From Octopus vulgaris (Eukaryota), in the NCBI GenBank assembly GCA_951406725.2, contig OX597831.1, forward strand, positions 65,906,001 to 65,970,000: 64,000 bases of DNA, in the 5' to 3' direction. Each line of letters starts with the position of its first letter. Position 1 is the stretch's first letter. Of the stretch, positions 13,257 to 25,487 are shown in pieces. The translations under genes and the position numbers were made by a program. Below the pieces are notes generated by a model. It was not told the DNA's origin. It saw nothing but the letters and a program-made list of their open reading frames with translations, and searched no databases.

Positions 13257-13326
13257 TTCTAATCTTTCTTTTTTCATATTTTTCAGGTAAGTACACAGTT
13301 TTTGCTGAAAGACTGCATCAGTAAGT
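13257..13326 (+). promoter_or_regulatory. Candidate recursive splice site / 34-nt micro-exon
   Basis: Branch-like ttctaat, polypyrimidine tract, then CAG|GTAAGT at 13286/13287 and a second GTAAGT at 13321. Confidence 0.45.
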
Positions 13327-13705
13327 GATTATTGCTTTGTTTTCTCCAAACCAGATTTTCACATTTAAGTAAGTATTATCTGTTTACAATAGAAATATAT
13401 ATATAAAAAAATTTTTTGTTTCACTTTGATATCTAAGTATGGATATAGAGATAAAGATACATATGAAGAGAGGCAGAATATGTTCTAGTTGATATTTCTC
13501 TGCCTTATGCTTCCATAACATCTTGTTGACATGTTGTCAAATACTTTTGATATCCACCACTCATCACGTACTAACTTTTGAATCTATTTTATGCATTTTT
13601 TGTCTGCGTCCATGGAGGCTTTGAATATATCCCGTGTTTAATTGTAGAGTTGTCAACTCAACTTTTAATTACAGTCATGTGTATGTATGGTTATGTATGT
13701 ATATA

Positions 13706-13924
13706 TCTCTTATTATAAAAGGCAGATTTTATCTGCCTCCCTTTGTCTCTTATAGAAATCTACAATATAGGATTTCTTCAATTGCAATTTACCTAGCATT
13801 TTTAAGAGTAGAATACATTGGGTCGTGCCAGGTACAGTTTTTCAAATTTCAACCCCAATTAAGCAAAATTTCGAGAAAACTCACATTGTGGTGTGTAAGT
13901 GAAGTGCTTTACTTAGTGTGGGCT

Positions 13925-13972
<48 letters not shown>

Positions 13973-14720
13973 CGGAGCGAACTGCTTTACTCATGCTATC
14001 ACCCTAATTTCTCCTCCTTTCTCTTTGCAAGTGCGCAACGATTAAAGTGAAAGTATTTATATAAAACAGATCACTCATGCTATCACCATAATTTCTCATA
14101 CTTTCTCTTTGCAAGTGTACCTTAAACCACTACTCAAAAAAAAAAACACAGCAAACAGAAACAAATAAATACATAACGATTTACTCCTCACACAATTTCT
14201 TCAATTAGAGTTTACCTATGATTTTTCAAAGTACTTCCATTCGGTCATGACATACAAAATTTCTTTCAATTTCACCCCCATTTCAGAAAAAATTCGAGAA
14301 AACTACCATTTCACTTCAAAGCCTTTACTCTGCATATTACTCCCACTTCCTCTTTACACACATAGACACGCAAATATATAAATAAAATTGTAAGCTAACG
14401 TGTGTGTGTGTGTGTGTGTGACTGTGTGTGTGCGTGTGTGTGTGTGTGAGGGTGCGTGTGTGTGTGTGTGTGCGTGTGTGTGAGTGTGTGACAAGGATGA
14501 GCCAGTCAGACTGGTCATCCTTTTTGCTAGATCACCTATGGTCTTATATGCTACACCACTGGTTTTCAGTTCATATTAATCAAATTAATATTCACAACAA
14601 GAAGGACTATTAATTATAATACATCAGTTCCACACATTTACCCTGGTTCCATTTCGGACAACTGCACAAACATTTGCCATTTCACACATGTATGTAAACA
14701 AATTCCTTTCTTAAAAATTT
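13706..14720 (+). mobile_element. Probable Helitron 5' segment
   Basis: a|TCTCTTATTATAAAAGGCAG 5' end. Internal duplications (ttcaaccccaatt..ttcgagaaaact; actcatgctatcacc...ctctttgcaagtg). Confidence 0.45.
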
Positions 14721-14725
14721 CAATT

Positions 14726-15246
14726 CATACAAAGTTTTTTAGGACGAATATAAGATCTAAAGTATATCCAAGTAGCAGAAAGATCGCCCAAAAGTGTATA
14801 TAGATATTTAAATGTATTTATATATTCATCTATACACAGATGTATGTATAATGTGGGTGTATATATTTCCACAGAGGTAACCATTCACTCCATACAAAGT
14901 TATTTAGGATGAATATAAGATCTAAAGCATATCCAAGTAGCAGAAAGATCGCCCAAAAGTGTATATAGATATTTAAATGTATTTATATATTCATCTATGC
15001 ACACATGTATGTATAACGTGTGTGTATATATTTCCATAGAGGTAACCATTCACTCCATACAAAGTTTTTTAGGACGAAAATAAGATCTAAAGTTATCTCT
15101 AAGAAAAAGAAAGATCACCCAAAAGTGTATATAGATATTTAAATGTATTTATATATTCATCTATACACACATGTATGTATAATGTGCGTGTATATATTTC
15201 CATAGAGGTAACCATTCAATCCATACAAAGTTTTTTAGGACGAAAA
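14726..15246 (+). repeat. ~165-bp tandem repeat, ~3.1 copies
   Basis: catacaaagtt.tttaggacgaa recurs at 14726, 14891, 15056 and 15222 with high identity. Confidence 0.9.
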
Positions 15247-16090
15247 TCTTTATATATAAAAGAAAGGTTGTGTTTCTGTCTACTCCGATTTAGATTCCTA
15301 ACTACTCCCACATTTTGCGATGCAGTTTAACCAAAACCGGGTATCTTATAGTCGTGATTCATATCGAGCCCTTCTGGGTATTAGCGCGCGTCTACGATGA
15401 GTCTACGATTTTACAAATAATTTACCATCATTTTTTCCATTTTAATGCATATTTTTAAATAAAGGGAAGTAACTCTCAAACTTCACACCAATATGCGTGC
15501 TCATATGCGACGTAATATCACATCAGCAGCATTTCCTCACACCCTCCTTGCACTTGGCAAAGGCAAAATACCAGGGGATGAAACTGGTAATATTGCCATC
15601 GATTCCATTTGTACCTTTGTTAAGACGCCTTCCGATCTCAGAGATGCAGTGTTCCAAGATCTACAAGCTAATTATCAGAATATGGATTGGATTGGCCAAA
15701 AGGCTATACTGGCCCCGAGGAATAAAACTGTTCACCATAGTAATAATGAAATGCTAAAACTCATTCCTGGGGAAGTCTATGTATATCAGTCTATCGATAC
15801 AACTCCTGACCCAGAGGACGTCATCAACTATCCAATAGAGGTACTCAATTCCTTTGAGCACCCCGGACTACCACCACACTTTCTCAAACTTAAAGTTGGT
15901 GCCCCTATAATGCTCATCAGATATTTGGTTCCCCCAAAACAATGCAATGGCACACGTTTGATCGTTAAGTCCTTATCTCCCACCGTAAACTTATATCAAT
16001 ATTTGCCTGAATAATCATCATAATTCAGTGCAATCATTAACAGTACTTTCAAGCAATTCAGCCCCGAGCAACGCTGGGCAATTCTGCTAG
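15247..16090 (+). mobile_element. Non-autonomous Helitron carrying an internal PIF1-helicase fragment
   Basis: A|TC start, subterminal hairpin cccgagcaacgctggg and CTAG|T end. Contains ORF 15493-16014. Confidence 0.9.
15493..16014 (+). pseudogene. Helitron PIF1-like helicase fragment (173 aa open)
   Basis: AILAPRNKTV, GLPPHFLKLKVGAPIMLIRYL..PK.CNGTRLIVK are PIF1 2B-region motifs. Motifs I-III and V-VI are missing. Confidence 0.85.
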
Positions 16091-16118
16091 TATGTATATA
16101 ATCAATAAAAAGAGTACA

Positions 16119-17045
16119 GTGTGCTTGCTATGAGGAGGGGAGACTCCAACATCTCACTTAGTCCTAACAAGAGAAATTAGTGAGAAACATCAGAATCATC
16201 TAACTTAAGAAATGACTGGCTGCAACGGATAAGGAACACAGGACCATGTGAACAAGAAGTGGTAGGGGAAACAGTGTGAGAAGGAATAAGTTGATATAGA
16301 GTGAGAAGTAAGCAAAGTCAAGAGTGAGGTGAAGGGAAAAGATGAAGAGAGTGGGGAGTTGTAGGATAAGAAAGGGTTTAGTAAACTAAGGTCCATCACT
16401 GGACCTAATACAAAATATCATGTTACTTAGAATTTTTATTTCATACCACCTAACCTTATATATTATATCATATGCTAACTTTGTGGCACCCTTTACATTG
16501 GGGAAACTAGGTGATTTACTTTTGGGAGCATATTCAAAACATACTATTATGTACACCTGAGCCAACCTGTTCAACACTACATCACTCAATTACCAGTAAG
16601 CAGCATCCCTGCACATCATGGATTCACATTCTCAAGGAAACAGAGATAAAAACTTTTCATAGTTGAACTTAGCACCGTGTCACCAACAGGTTTAAATGAA
16701 CGCTTTTTTCTTTTCTAATCCTGGATCTCTTCTTAAAATCCTTTCTTATCTTTTTTACTCCCCTCTCCTCATCTTTTCTCTTCACCTCACTCTCGACTTT
16801 GTTTGCTCTCTCTCATTCCATTACTCATTCCTCTTCCTTTTTCTCACTGTTTCTCATACCTCTTCTTGTTCACATATGAAACTCACGTGGTCCAGTGTAC
16901 CTTATCAGTTGCAGCCAGTCTTTTTTTTAACTTTAAGATGTAAAACTCTGCTGCTTCTCATTAATTTCTCTCATTTCAACTTTTCCCTTAAGAAGTGCTC
17001 TGTCTGAAATGTTGGATTTCCCCTTCCTTACAACAGCTCACTATA
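16119..17045 (+). mobile_element. Penelope-like element remnant: GIY-YIG 3' end flanked by inverted pLTRs
   Basis: 16452-16715 translates NLIYYIIC*LCGTLYIGETR...RKQR*KLFIVELSTVSPTGLNERF. 16119-16398 and 16720-17045 are inverted copies. Decayed hammerhead TCC-CTTAAGA...GAAA-TG-TT-GGA at ~16984-17016. Confidence 0.8.
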
Positions 17046-17126
17046 CTCTTCTTATTGATTTTACTACATAATATAAAGTTTTGCCAACACAGACTAACAC
17101 AAGGCTGTTTGGTGTGTGTTTGGTCA

Positions 17127-17415
17127 TATCATCATTATCATCATTTAACGTCCGCTTTCCATGCTGGCATGGGTTGGACGGTTCAACTGGGGTCTAGGAA
17201 GCCAGAAGGTTGCACCAGGCCCAGTCTGATCTGGCAATGTTTCTACGGCTGGATGCCCTTCCTAACACCAACCACTCCATGAGTGTAGTGGGTGCTTTTT
17301 ACGTGTCACCGGCACAGGTGCCAGACGAGGCTGGCAACGGCCACGATCGGATGGTGCTTTTTACATGCCACTGGCACGGAGGCCAGGCAAGGCTGGCAAC
17401 GGCCACGATCGGATG
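17127..17415 (-). mobile_element. RTE-related SINE/3' end
   Basis: 4808 family, about 2 internal units. Confidence 0.7.
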
Positions 17416-17929
17416 TTGTGCAGACTACTCTAATTCTGCTGATTGTTAATAAAAAGTGTAAATATGGCGGTGCCCCAGCATGGCCACAGCTCATAAGCTG
17501 AAACTAGAATCAATCAATCATACTCTTGTTTTGAGTTCTATATTCCTGTTTGCATCGCCAAATTTATATGTGTGTGTGTGTGTGTGTGTGTGTTATGATA
17601 TAGGTTTATATGTGTATAAACACATATGTGTAAAATGGTTTGCATTAAGAAGGACATCCAGCTATACGAACCAGGCTCTTTATCTCATACTGAACCATTC
17701 AAACCATGCTAGCATTGAAAAGGGACATTAAATGGTGATGGTGAGGAGGAAGCAGAAAAGATGATGATGATGATACATGAGTAAAGTGGAGGAAGGTTTC
17801 CACTGAAGTCATAAAATAACGATACAAATGGTAATAAGTTGTAAATGAAGAATTTCAGCCCAGGTGGAAATGCTGGTACCATCATGTCAAAAGACTACTT
17901 CTTATACAATAATTTTACGTGGATTTCAG

Positions 17930-18025
17930 TTAGTAATGAGTAAAGGAATGAGAAAGAGCAAACTAAGTCAAGAGTGAGGTGAAGAGAAAAGATGAGGAGA
18001 GGGCAGTAAAAAGATAAGAAAAGAT
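17930..18025 (-). mobile_element. Third fragment of the PLE pLTR seen at 16119-17045
   Basis: agtcaagagtgaggtgaagagaaaagatgaggagagg matches 16315-16370. Confidence 0.65.
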
Positions 18026-18510
18026 GGGCTAATACAGTTTGGAGACATATGTTCAATTCCTATGAGTACCATAATATTTTATTTTCTCCCATGGGTATGT
18101 GTGTCAACATCCATATTTATTTATTGCTTTTACAATATCATTTACAAATATATCACTACATTCCAGCTATCTCAAGTGATTCATAATCTAGTCTATACAT
18201 CTTACATGGTTTATCAGCTTATGTTTACATATTAACTATATGCCTACTGTTATAGACTAGCATTTCCACTTTCCAAAACTGCAAAAAAATTTTATCCTGC
18301 AATACTACTACTACTACTACTACTACTACTACACTGCTAGTCACTGTGCAGAAAACACTTCATCATACTAAGACTGAATCTAAGCGATGACAGAATCTAA
18401 GCGATCCTAAGCTTCAGTTAGTTATCATCTTAAAGTAAACATGCCTATTATCATTTACTTTAGAGGTTTTATATCATTTTTTCCTCTTGGATATTATTAT
18501 TTTAATTATA

Positions 18511-18912
18511 GGCACAGGAGTGGCTGTGTGGTAAGTAGCTTGCTTACCAACCACATGATTCCGGGTTCAGTCCCACTGTGTGGCACCTTGGGCAAGTGTT
18601 TTCTACTATAGCCTCGGGCCTACCAAAGCTTTGTGAGTGGATTTGGTAGATGGAAACTGAAAGAAGCCCGTCGTATATATGTATATATATATGTGTGTGT
18701 GTGTGGGTTTGTGTGTCTGTGTTTGACCCCCCAACATCACTTGACAACCGATGCTGGTGTGTTTACATCCCTGTAACTTAGCGGTTCGGCAAAAGAGTAC
18801 CGATAGAATAAGTACTAGGCTTACAAAGAATAAGTCCTGGGGGGGGGCGATTTTCCTCGACTAAAGGCGGTGCTCCAGCATGGCCGCAGTCAAATTACTG
18901 AAACAAGTAAAA
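18511..18912 (+). mobile_element. tRNA-derived CORE-like SINE
   Basis: 2074 family. Confidence 0.85.
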
Positions 18913-19250
18913 GAGAAAGAGAGAGAGAGAGAGAGAGTATACTACGATGTGGCTGTACACCAAACTAATATATTTCAAAGCATATGAGAGTGGTGGAATA
19001 ATTACACCTGAAACACTTGTCTACATATTTCAGGAAAAGATGCTACTTCAAATTTTGCAATTTATTATTTGTTCTTCTATGATGTTGCTATGTTCATTAG
19101 TGAGGCTATATTTAGTCAATGACACCTATATACCTGTAATTTTCCTTTTTTTTTGTTTTTGTTTTTTGTACATTATTTCTGATAATTGAAGTGTAAGCAC
19201 TAAGGTGTTTATGGATTGGTGATCTGTGTTGTTGTCATTATTTAGCTAAA

Positions 19251-19562
19251 ACCACCCAAACACCACTACCACCACCACCACCACCACCACCACCACCACC
19301 ACCACCACCACCACCACCACCACCACACCACCACAACTACCACCACCACCACCACCACCACCACCACCACCACCACTACCACCACCGCCACCAGCACTGC
19401 CACCACCACTGGTGTTAGTTTCGGTAGAGGTGTTAGTATCAACACAAGAGTAATGGCGATGGGGGTAGAGACAACTGGTGGTGGTGGTTGGTTAGTGGTA
19501 GTAGAGGTGACAAGTTTAGATGTTGTGGTGGTTGTGGTGGTAGTGCTAGTAGTTGTAGTGAT
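19251..19562. repeat. (ACC)n microsatellite followed by degenerate (GGT)n
   Basis: Direct reading of the sequence. Confidence 0.9.
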
Positions 19563-19580
19563 CACAGGTTGAACAGAGGA

Positions 19581-19787
19581 AGCATGCCGGGCGAAATGCT
19601 TTGCGGTATTTCATGTGCCGCTACGTTCTGAGTTCAAATTCCGCCGAGGTCAACTTTGCCCTTCATCTTTTCGGGGTCTATTAAATAAGTACCAGTTACG
19701 CACTGGGGTCGGTATAATTGACTTAATCCATTTGTCTGTCCTTGTTTGTCCTCTCGGTGTTTAGCCCCTTGTGAGTAGTAAAGAAAT
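19581..19787 (+). mobile_element. Meta-domain-type SINE with 14-bp TSD
   Basis: aggttgaacagagg duplicated at 19567 and 19788. Confidence 0.85.
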
Positions 19788-20365
19788 AGGTTGAACAGAG
19801 GTTGTGCTGCTATTGATTAGTTGGGATAAGAGTAAATTATTTTTCACTGATTAATTAACTCATTAAATGTTTGCAGATTCAAGTACTCAATACATCTCCT
19901 TTGAAGGTCATAAATATATGCTTTGAACCCTGTCAGGGGTTTGTTGCATTTTTCTGTCTCAAATTGCTGATATTGTTTTTCTTTAAACCTCTTAGCAGTT
20001 ATTTTATTCCTGTTTTGGTTCTTTCTTGTTGCTGTAAAAAGTGAATTGAGGTGGGTCACCTTGCTGTCTTGGACATTAGTATGTGTATATATAAAAATCC
20101 AGGTGAGCTGATATGAAGATACGAATGAATATGATTAGGCTTGGTATATGTAAATATACATTTACACATATAGACACACACATACACACACATAAGCGTG
20201 CACACACACAAATATATATATCTTAAAAAGTCAAAAAGAAGAAAATGCTATGCAAACTTTTTCATGAATAAAAACTAAGAAAATATTTAAATCATTATCA
20301 AAATAAACTGGTTTCAATTGTTTTTAAAACACACAAACACACACACACATACACAAACACACAAA

Positions 20366-20421
<56 letters not shown>

Positions 20422-20517
20422 GTTGTCCGGGAAGTTCTGAGTGTTTTTTAATATGCAAAATGAGATATAAATAATTAACTTTTAAATAAATTTTATTCAA
20501 TGAAATAATTTCCATTA

Positions 20518-23052
20518 CACTGATCAACAAAATTAAATGTATTATACTCATTGTGAATACAAACCAACATTTTTAGACTAATTTTTCAGGCTGATTTCAA
20601 AATTTCACTCCATTTGTATGCAGCATGTAACATTTTTCCAATAGATGCATGATAATATTTACATATTTGCATATATAAAATCATTAGCATAATAAATAAG
20701 GACATTATTTTTAGAAAGTAAATGAGTTTAATGAGTTAAAAATCATCACTATCATTCACATTATTCACATTATTTACTTTATTTACATTTGATGGATATT
20801 TGACGGATATTTGTCTTCATCTTGTTGTTGCTAACAACAAACAAGATGAGGACAAATATCCGTCAAATGTAAATAATGTAAATAATTTACATAATTCCTC
20901 ATCTCTTAAATATAGAACTGTATCACTATCATTCTACAAAGAGTAAATTCACGAAAAATGGGTCAGACAAAACAAAGTTATACAGAGTTAGAAACATTGT
21001 GATTTGCATTTCCTGCAGTGTTCCTGATCTGGTTGATCACGGTAAAATGTCCAGCAGTAGTCGGCCAGCATACTGTCATTCCAGAAGCCTTGGTACCATT
21101 TCTCCATATCACTAATGTCCTGGTGAAATCTTTTACCATGTTCATCAGACACTGTTCCAAGGTTATCCGCAAAGAAATCCGGATGGAAGTCCAAGAAGCG
21201 AACTTTCAGTGGCATGTAGCAACCCATTGCTGAGTAACATTTCAGAAGATTCTTGATGCCATCCTTGCAGTCTATTGCCTTCAGGTTGCTCAAGAAATTC
21301 TCACAGGTCCAATTGAAAGCATTCCAGGCAGGTAGTTCCAGTTCATACAGTGTTGTCTTGAAGTTGACATCTTTGAGTACTTCTCTAATTTGAGGTCTGA
21401 CAAAGATACCCTTTTTCAACTTTGACTGTGTGATTTGGGGAAACTTTTCTACTATAGACTCAACCGTCTGGAATTTCTCTTCCCTTGTGTCTTTACAAAC
21501 TGCTTCGTCAGTGTAAGCCTTATGTGCAAAGGAGGCAATAGGACATTACATGGATCTACAAGAAGTGTATTCTTGATGCTGGACAGTCCTGGATGATATG
21601 ATGTTCTTGTCTGCCAGTTTGATTCCGAATAATGTCTGTCAGTTGCCTGACTATCCCATAGACACAAGAAACAATAGTATTTTGTGAAACCTGACTGTAT
21701 TCCCATTAACATTCCAATGACTTTTAAATCTCCGCATATTTTCCATGAGTATCTTTCATAGGCAATGGCATGAAGTAAAAGTTCCATATTCTCATATGAT
21801 TCATGAAGATGAGTGGAGTGTGCAATAGGAATGGAAGGCTTCAAATTACCATTATGGGAAGTACAGCTTTTAAACTTCGTTTTGAAGAGTCAATAAGCAA
21901 ATGCTACTCTGCAGAATCATGATTTTGTAATAAACATTCGAAAAGTCCATCGATGTGACAGCAAAAGCAAAGCGGGCCTTCAACAGAAAAACACATTTGT
22001 AGAACCACATTTCTCTGCCAAAAATAAGTTATATGAACACTGTGCTCTAGCAGATACTTCTCCTTCAGTCTTGATGTCAACAGTTCTGCTTTATCTTTTG
22101 AGAGGGATAGGTCTCTGACACGGTCATTCCGTTCAGCTTGGGAAAATTTCTGAGGTTCAAAGCTAATGTCATCAGCCACTTAATCTTCCTCAGCAGCACT
22201 ATCGTGACAGTCAGCATCATGACCTGATGTTTCAATACCATCATTTGGTGGAACTGGAATTGGCAGACTTCCATTCTGAAGCACAGGTCTCATTGTGGAA
22301 TCCAAATTGCGATACACAATTTTGTGTTTGTTTATTCTTCATAGAAAATCTTGTAACATTTACTTTGCAAAAATAAGTCATTAAAATGGTCTTTTGGCTC
22401 CCTCTGTATCATTGGAAAGGCAAAAGGCATGGGCTTCTTCTTATTATTGAACCAGTCAACCAAGCCATTTGAGCAAGCTGAGCTGATAAAATGTGGTGCC
22501 CATAACTTGTTCTGATCTCCAAGAGGGCAGTTAAAGTATAGATTATAAATCTTCTTGATCTCTGGTGTTATTGTATGTTTTTGAGCTTTCACAATGAATT
22601 GTCCACAGACGTAACAAAACTCATCAGGACGATTTCTACACTGTCTTGACATTGCTAACACTGTAAAACAAGTAAGGAAATAGATACAAACAGTTATACT
22701 TATATTGGATTTGAGACGATGAAATATTTCATTAGACCAATTATGACAGGACAATTTGAGATGTTGAAATACCTATTTCATCAGACAAAACTTGATTGGT
22801 TAATGTAAGATGATGAAATATAACATCTGAACTATGCATCAATGAATAATGTAGTTTATTTTAAAGGTATGTTTCCATGATGTAAATGAAATACATGCAT
22901 ACATGTCATTAACTGGAATTTCTATATAATGCATGAGCTAAAACCCAAAAACTTTCATATCTTAAAAACTGTACATGATGTCAAAAAAATAATTGTATAT
23001 TTGAAATCAGCATTAAAAACTACACTAAGTATACCTTGACATGTTGGCCAAT
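20518..23052 (-). mobile_element. Chapaev3-like (CMC) DNA transposon, decayed
   Basis: MSRQCRNRPDEFCYVCG..LGDQNKLWAPH; WKICGDLKV..QSGFTKYYCFLCLWDS; LLPPLHI; VSDEHGKRFHQDI..YQGFW..MLADYCW. Starts CACTGATCAACAAA, with a degenerate opposite end tgttggccaata. Confidence 0.8.
20757..20921. mobile_element. Fold-back (PLE-type) insertion with ~12-bp TSD
   Basis: Arms atttgacggatatttgtc.tcatcttg / caagatgaggacaaatatccgtcaaat. tcactatcattc is duplicated on both sides. Confidence 0.65.
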
Positions 23053-24227
23053 ATTTTTAATGACATCTGCCCATCTATCAGGCAATTTAAATATTCTATA
23101 ATCATAAAATTTGACTGGTTTTGAAGAAAAAACTTTATTTAACAGCATCTAAACTTCATCTAAATCATTAAATGTTTTTACTTGCAGTGAGTTATGTAGA
23201 GACAAAAACAAGTGGTTGTCAGATGGTGCAGTATCAGAAGAATATGGTGAATGGGGTGAGAGATCCTAGCCAAGTTCTTGTGACTTTGCTCGGGTAGCCA
23301 AAGACACGTGGTCAGGCATTGTCTTGTTGGAACACTAACCCTTTCCTGCTGGCAATCTCCGGCCCCAATTCTTTGATTTTTTGGTTCAAATTAGCCAGCT
23401 GATGACAGTACACATCAGAATTAATTGGTCTGGTTTTGTGGGAGAAGCTCATAATAAATAAGGCCCTTATGATCCCAATAAACACAAAGCATAACTTTTG
23501 TGGCATAGATATTTGTCTTTGGTTGCTGTTTTGGAGGATCCTTACGCAAACTCCAGGATCTTTTACCCACTTTGTTTTCATACGCAAACCAATCTTCATC
23601 TCCAGTCACAAGATGTTACAAAAAAGGTATGCTTTCATTATGTTTCAAAAGCATATCACAAACAGAATACCAGTCCAAGCAATTCTTTTCTGAAGTTTGT
23701 GAGGGATCCATACATTATAGTGAGAAACGTATCCTAGCTTCACTAGGTGTTTATGAGCTAACTCCTTCGAACTCCTCTGCAAATTCTCTAGTCGTAATAT
23801 TTGAGTTTTCTTCGATTTTTGCCTTCAAAACATCTTCATCCAATTTTGAAGGTCTTCCACCATGTCACCTTCCTAGTTAAACTTTCCAGCTTCAAATTTT
23901 GCAAGCCACCTACAGCATCATCACTATAAACTTCACAAATGTTTTTTTTTCAAGTCTTTGCTGCATTTTCTCCTTTTTTTAAAAAGAAAAACATTACAAC
24001 ATGAATATGAAATTTTTGCTTATCCATTTCAAAGGTCAATAAAGAGTAACCGGAATGAAAGATAAATCTATTTTTAGTCAGGAAAAAGGAAGAGATGCAC
24101 TAACACTTCAAGCGATGCTAAAGTTTTAACTGTGTTACATTTCAGGTGTGCTCAATGAAGTGTTAAATGATTTAGCTCAAAAATGCTCAGAACTTTCCAG
24201 ACAACCTGATATATACAGGGGTTGGAC

Positions 24228-24433
24228 AAAATATATCTTAACTCAACCACACACACACACACACACACACATATTGTAATGCAGATAAACACAATTAAGC
24301 TTGATATATATAAATATATATATAGATACATATAACTACATATGTTCAGAAGAGCTCTATGTAAATGTATTTGTCTATATATATATATATATATATTTAT
24401 GTGTGTATGTATGTATGTATATACACATATACA

Positions 24434-24520
<87 letters not shown>

Positions 24521-24667
24521 AATACTTTTAGAAGATAAACACTTATGTACAAGCATATATATATATATATATATATAGACAAATACATTTACATAGAGCT
24601 CTTCTGAACATATGTAGTTATATGTATCTATACATATATTTATATCTATGTGTATCTATATATATAT

Positions 24668-24703
<36 letters not shown>

Positions 24704-24730
24704 AGCTTAATTGTGTTTATCTGCATCACA

Positions 24731-24777
<47 letters not shown>

Positions 24778-24817
24778 TGTGTGTGTGTGAGTGTGTGGTT
24801 GAGTTAAGATATATTTT
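24228..24817. repeat. Long inverted duplication built around microsatellites
   Basis: 24228-24390 is the reverse complement of ~24560-24817 (aaaatatatcttaactcaacc...atgttcagaagagctctatgtaaatgtatttgtc). Confidence 0.9.
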
Positions 24818-25088
24818 ATAATAGTTACAACTTGCTGAGTTGATAATGTACTGGAATACCTACAGAAAAACATGGTCATGACATTTTTTAATGACTAAGT
24901 TCACCTAAAAGTAGATAAGTGCAACAGTTTATCAGTTCATTGTTGCAATCATTAAATACAGTGTAAAATTTATGTAAATTTTATGCATGGGTATATAGCA
25001 TGGAGATGAACAGGCTCCATCAGGCTGAGATACATTAATATCCTTGTTATACAGAGTGTTACAGGGCTTGCAGATAGGCTTGCAGATA

Positions 25089-25487
25089 GGCACAGGAGTG
25101 GCTGTGTGGTAAGTTGCTTGCTTACCAACCACATGGTTCCGGGTTCAGTCCCACTGCGTGGCACCTTGAGCAAGTGTCTTCTACTATAGCTTCGGGCCGA
25201 CCAAAGCCTTGTGAGTGGATTTAGTATACAGAAACTGAAAAAAGCCCGTCGTATATATGTATACATATGTGTGTGTGTTTGCCTGTGTTTGTCCCCCCAA
25301 CATCACTTGACAGACGATGCTGGTGTGTTTACGTCCCCGTAACTTAGCGGTTCGGCAAAAGAGACCGATAGAATAAGTACCAGGTTTCCAAAGAATAAGT
25401 CCTGGGGTCGATTTGCTCGACTAAAAGGTGATGCTCCAGCATGGCCACAGTCAAATGACTGAAACAAGTAAAAGAGAGTAAAAGAGT
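25089..25487 (+). mobile_element. tRNA-derived CORE-like SINE
   Basis: 2074 family. Confidence 0.85.

Larger units (their letters stand above)
20419..24209 (-). mobile_element. Decayed mariner transposon split by a nested insertion
   Basis: TIRs taggttgtccgggaagttctgag / ctcagaactttccagacaacctga. Minus-strand motifs VTGDEDW, KVMLCVYWD, FQQDNA, YSSDTAPSDNHLF. The C-terminus KLPDRWADVIKNNGNYFIE is split at 20517/23053. Confidence 0.85.

Noticed and set aside
15493-16014. Host PIF1 gene
   Set aside because: Partial, intronless and enclosed by Helitron termini.
19266-19565. Mucin-like poly-T/V/W ORF
   Set aside because: (ACC)n/(GGT)n microsatellite.
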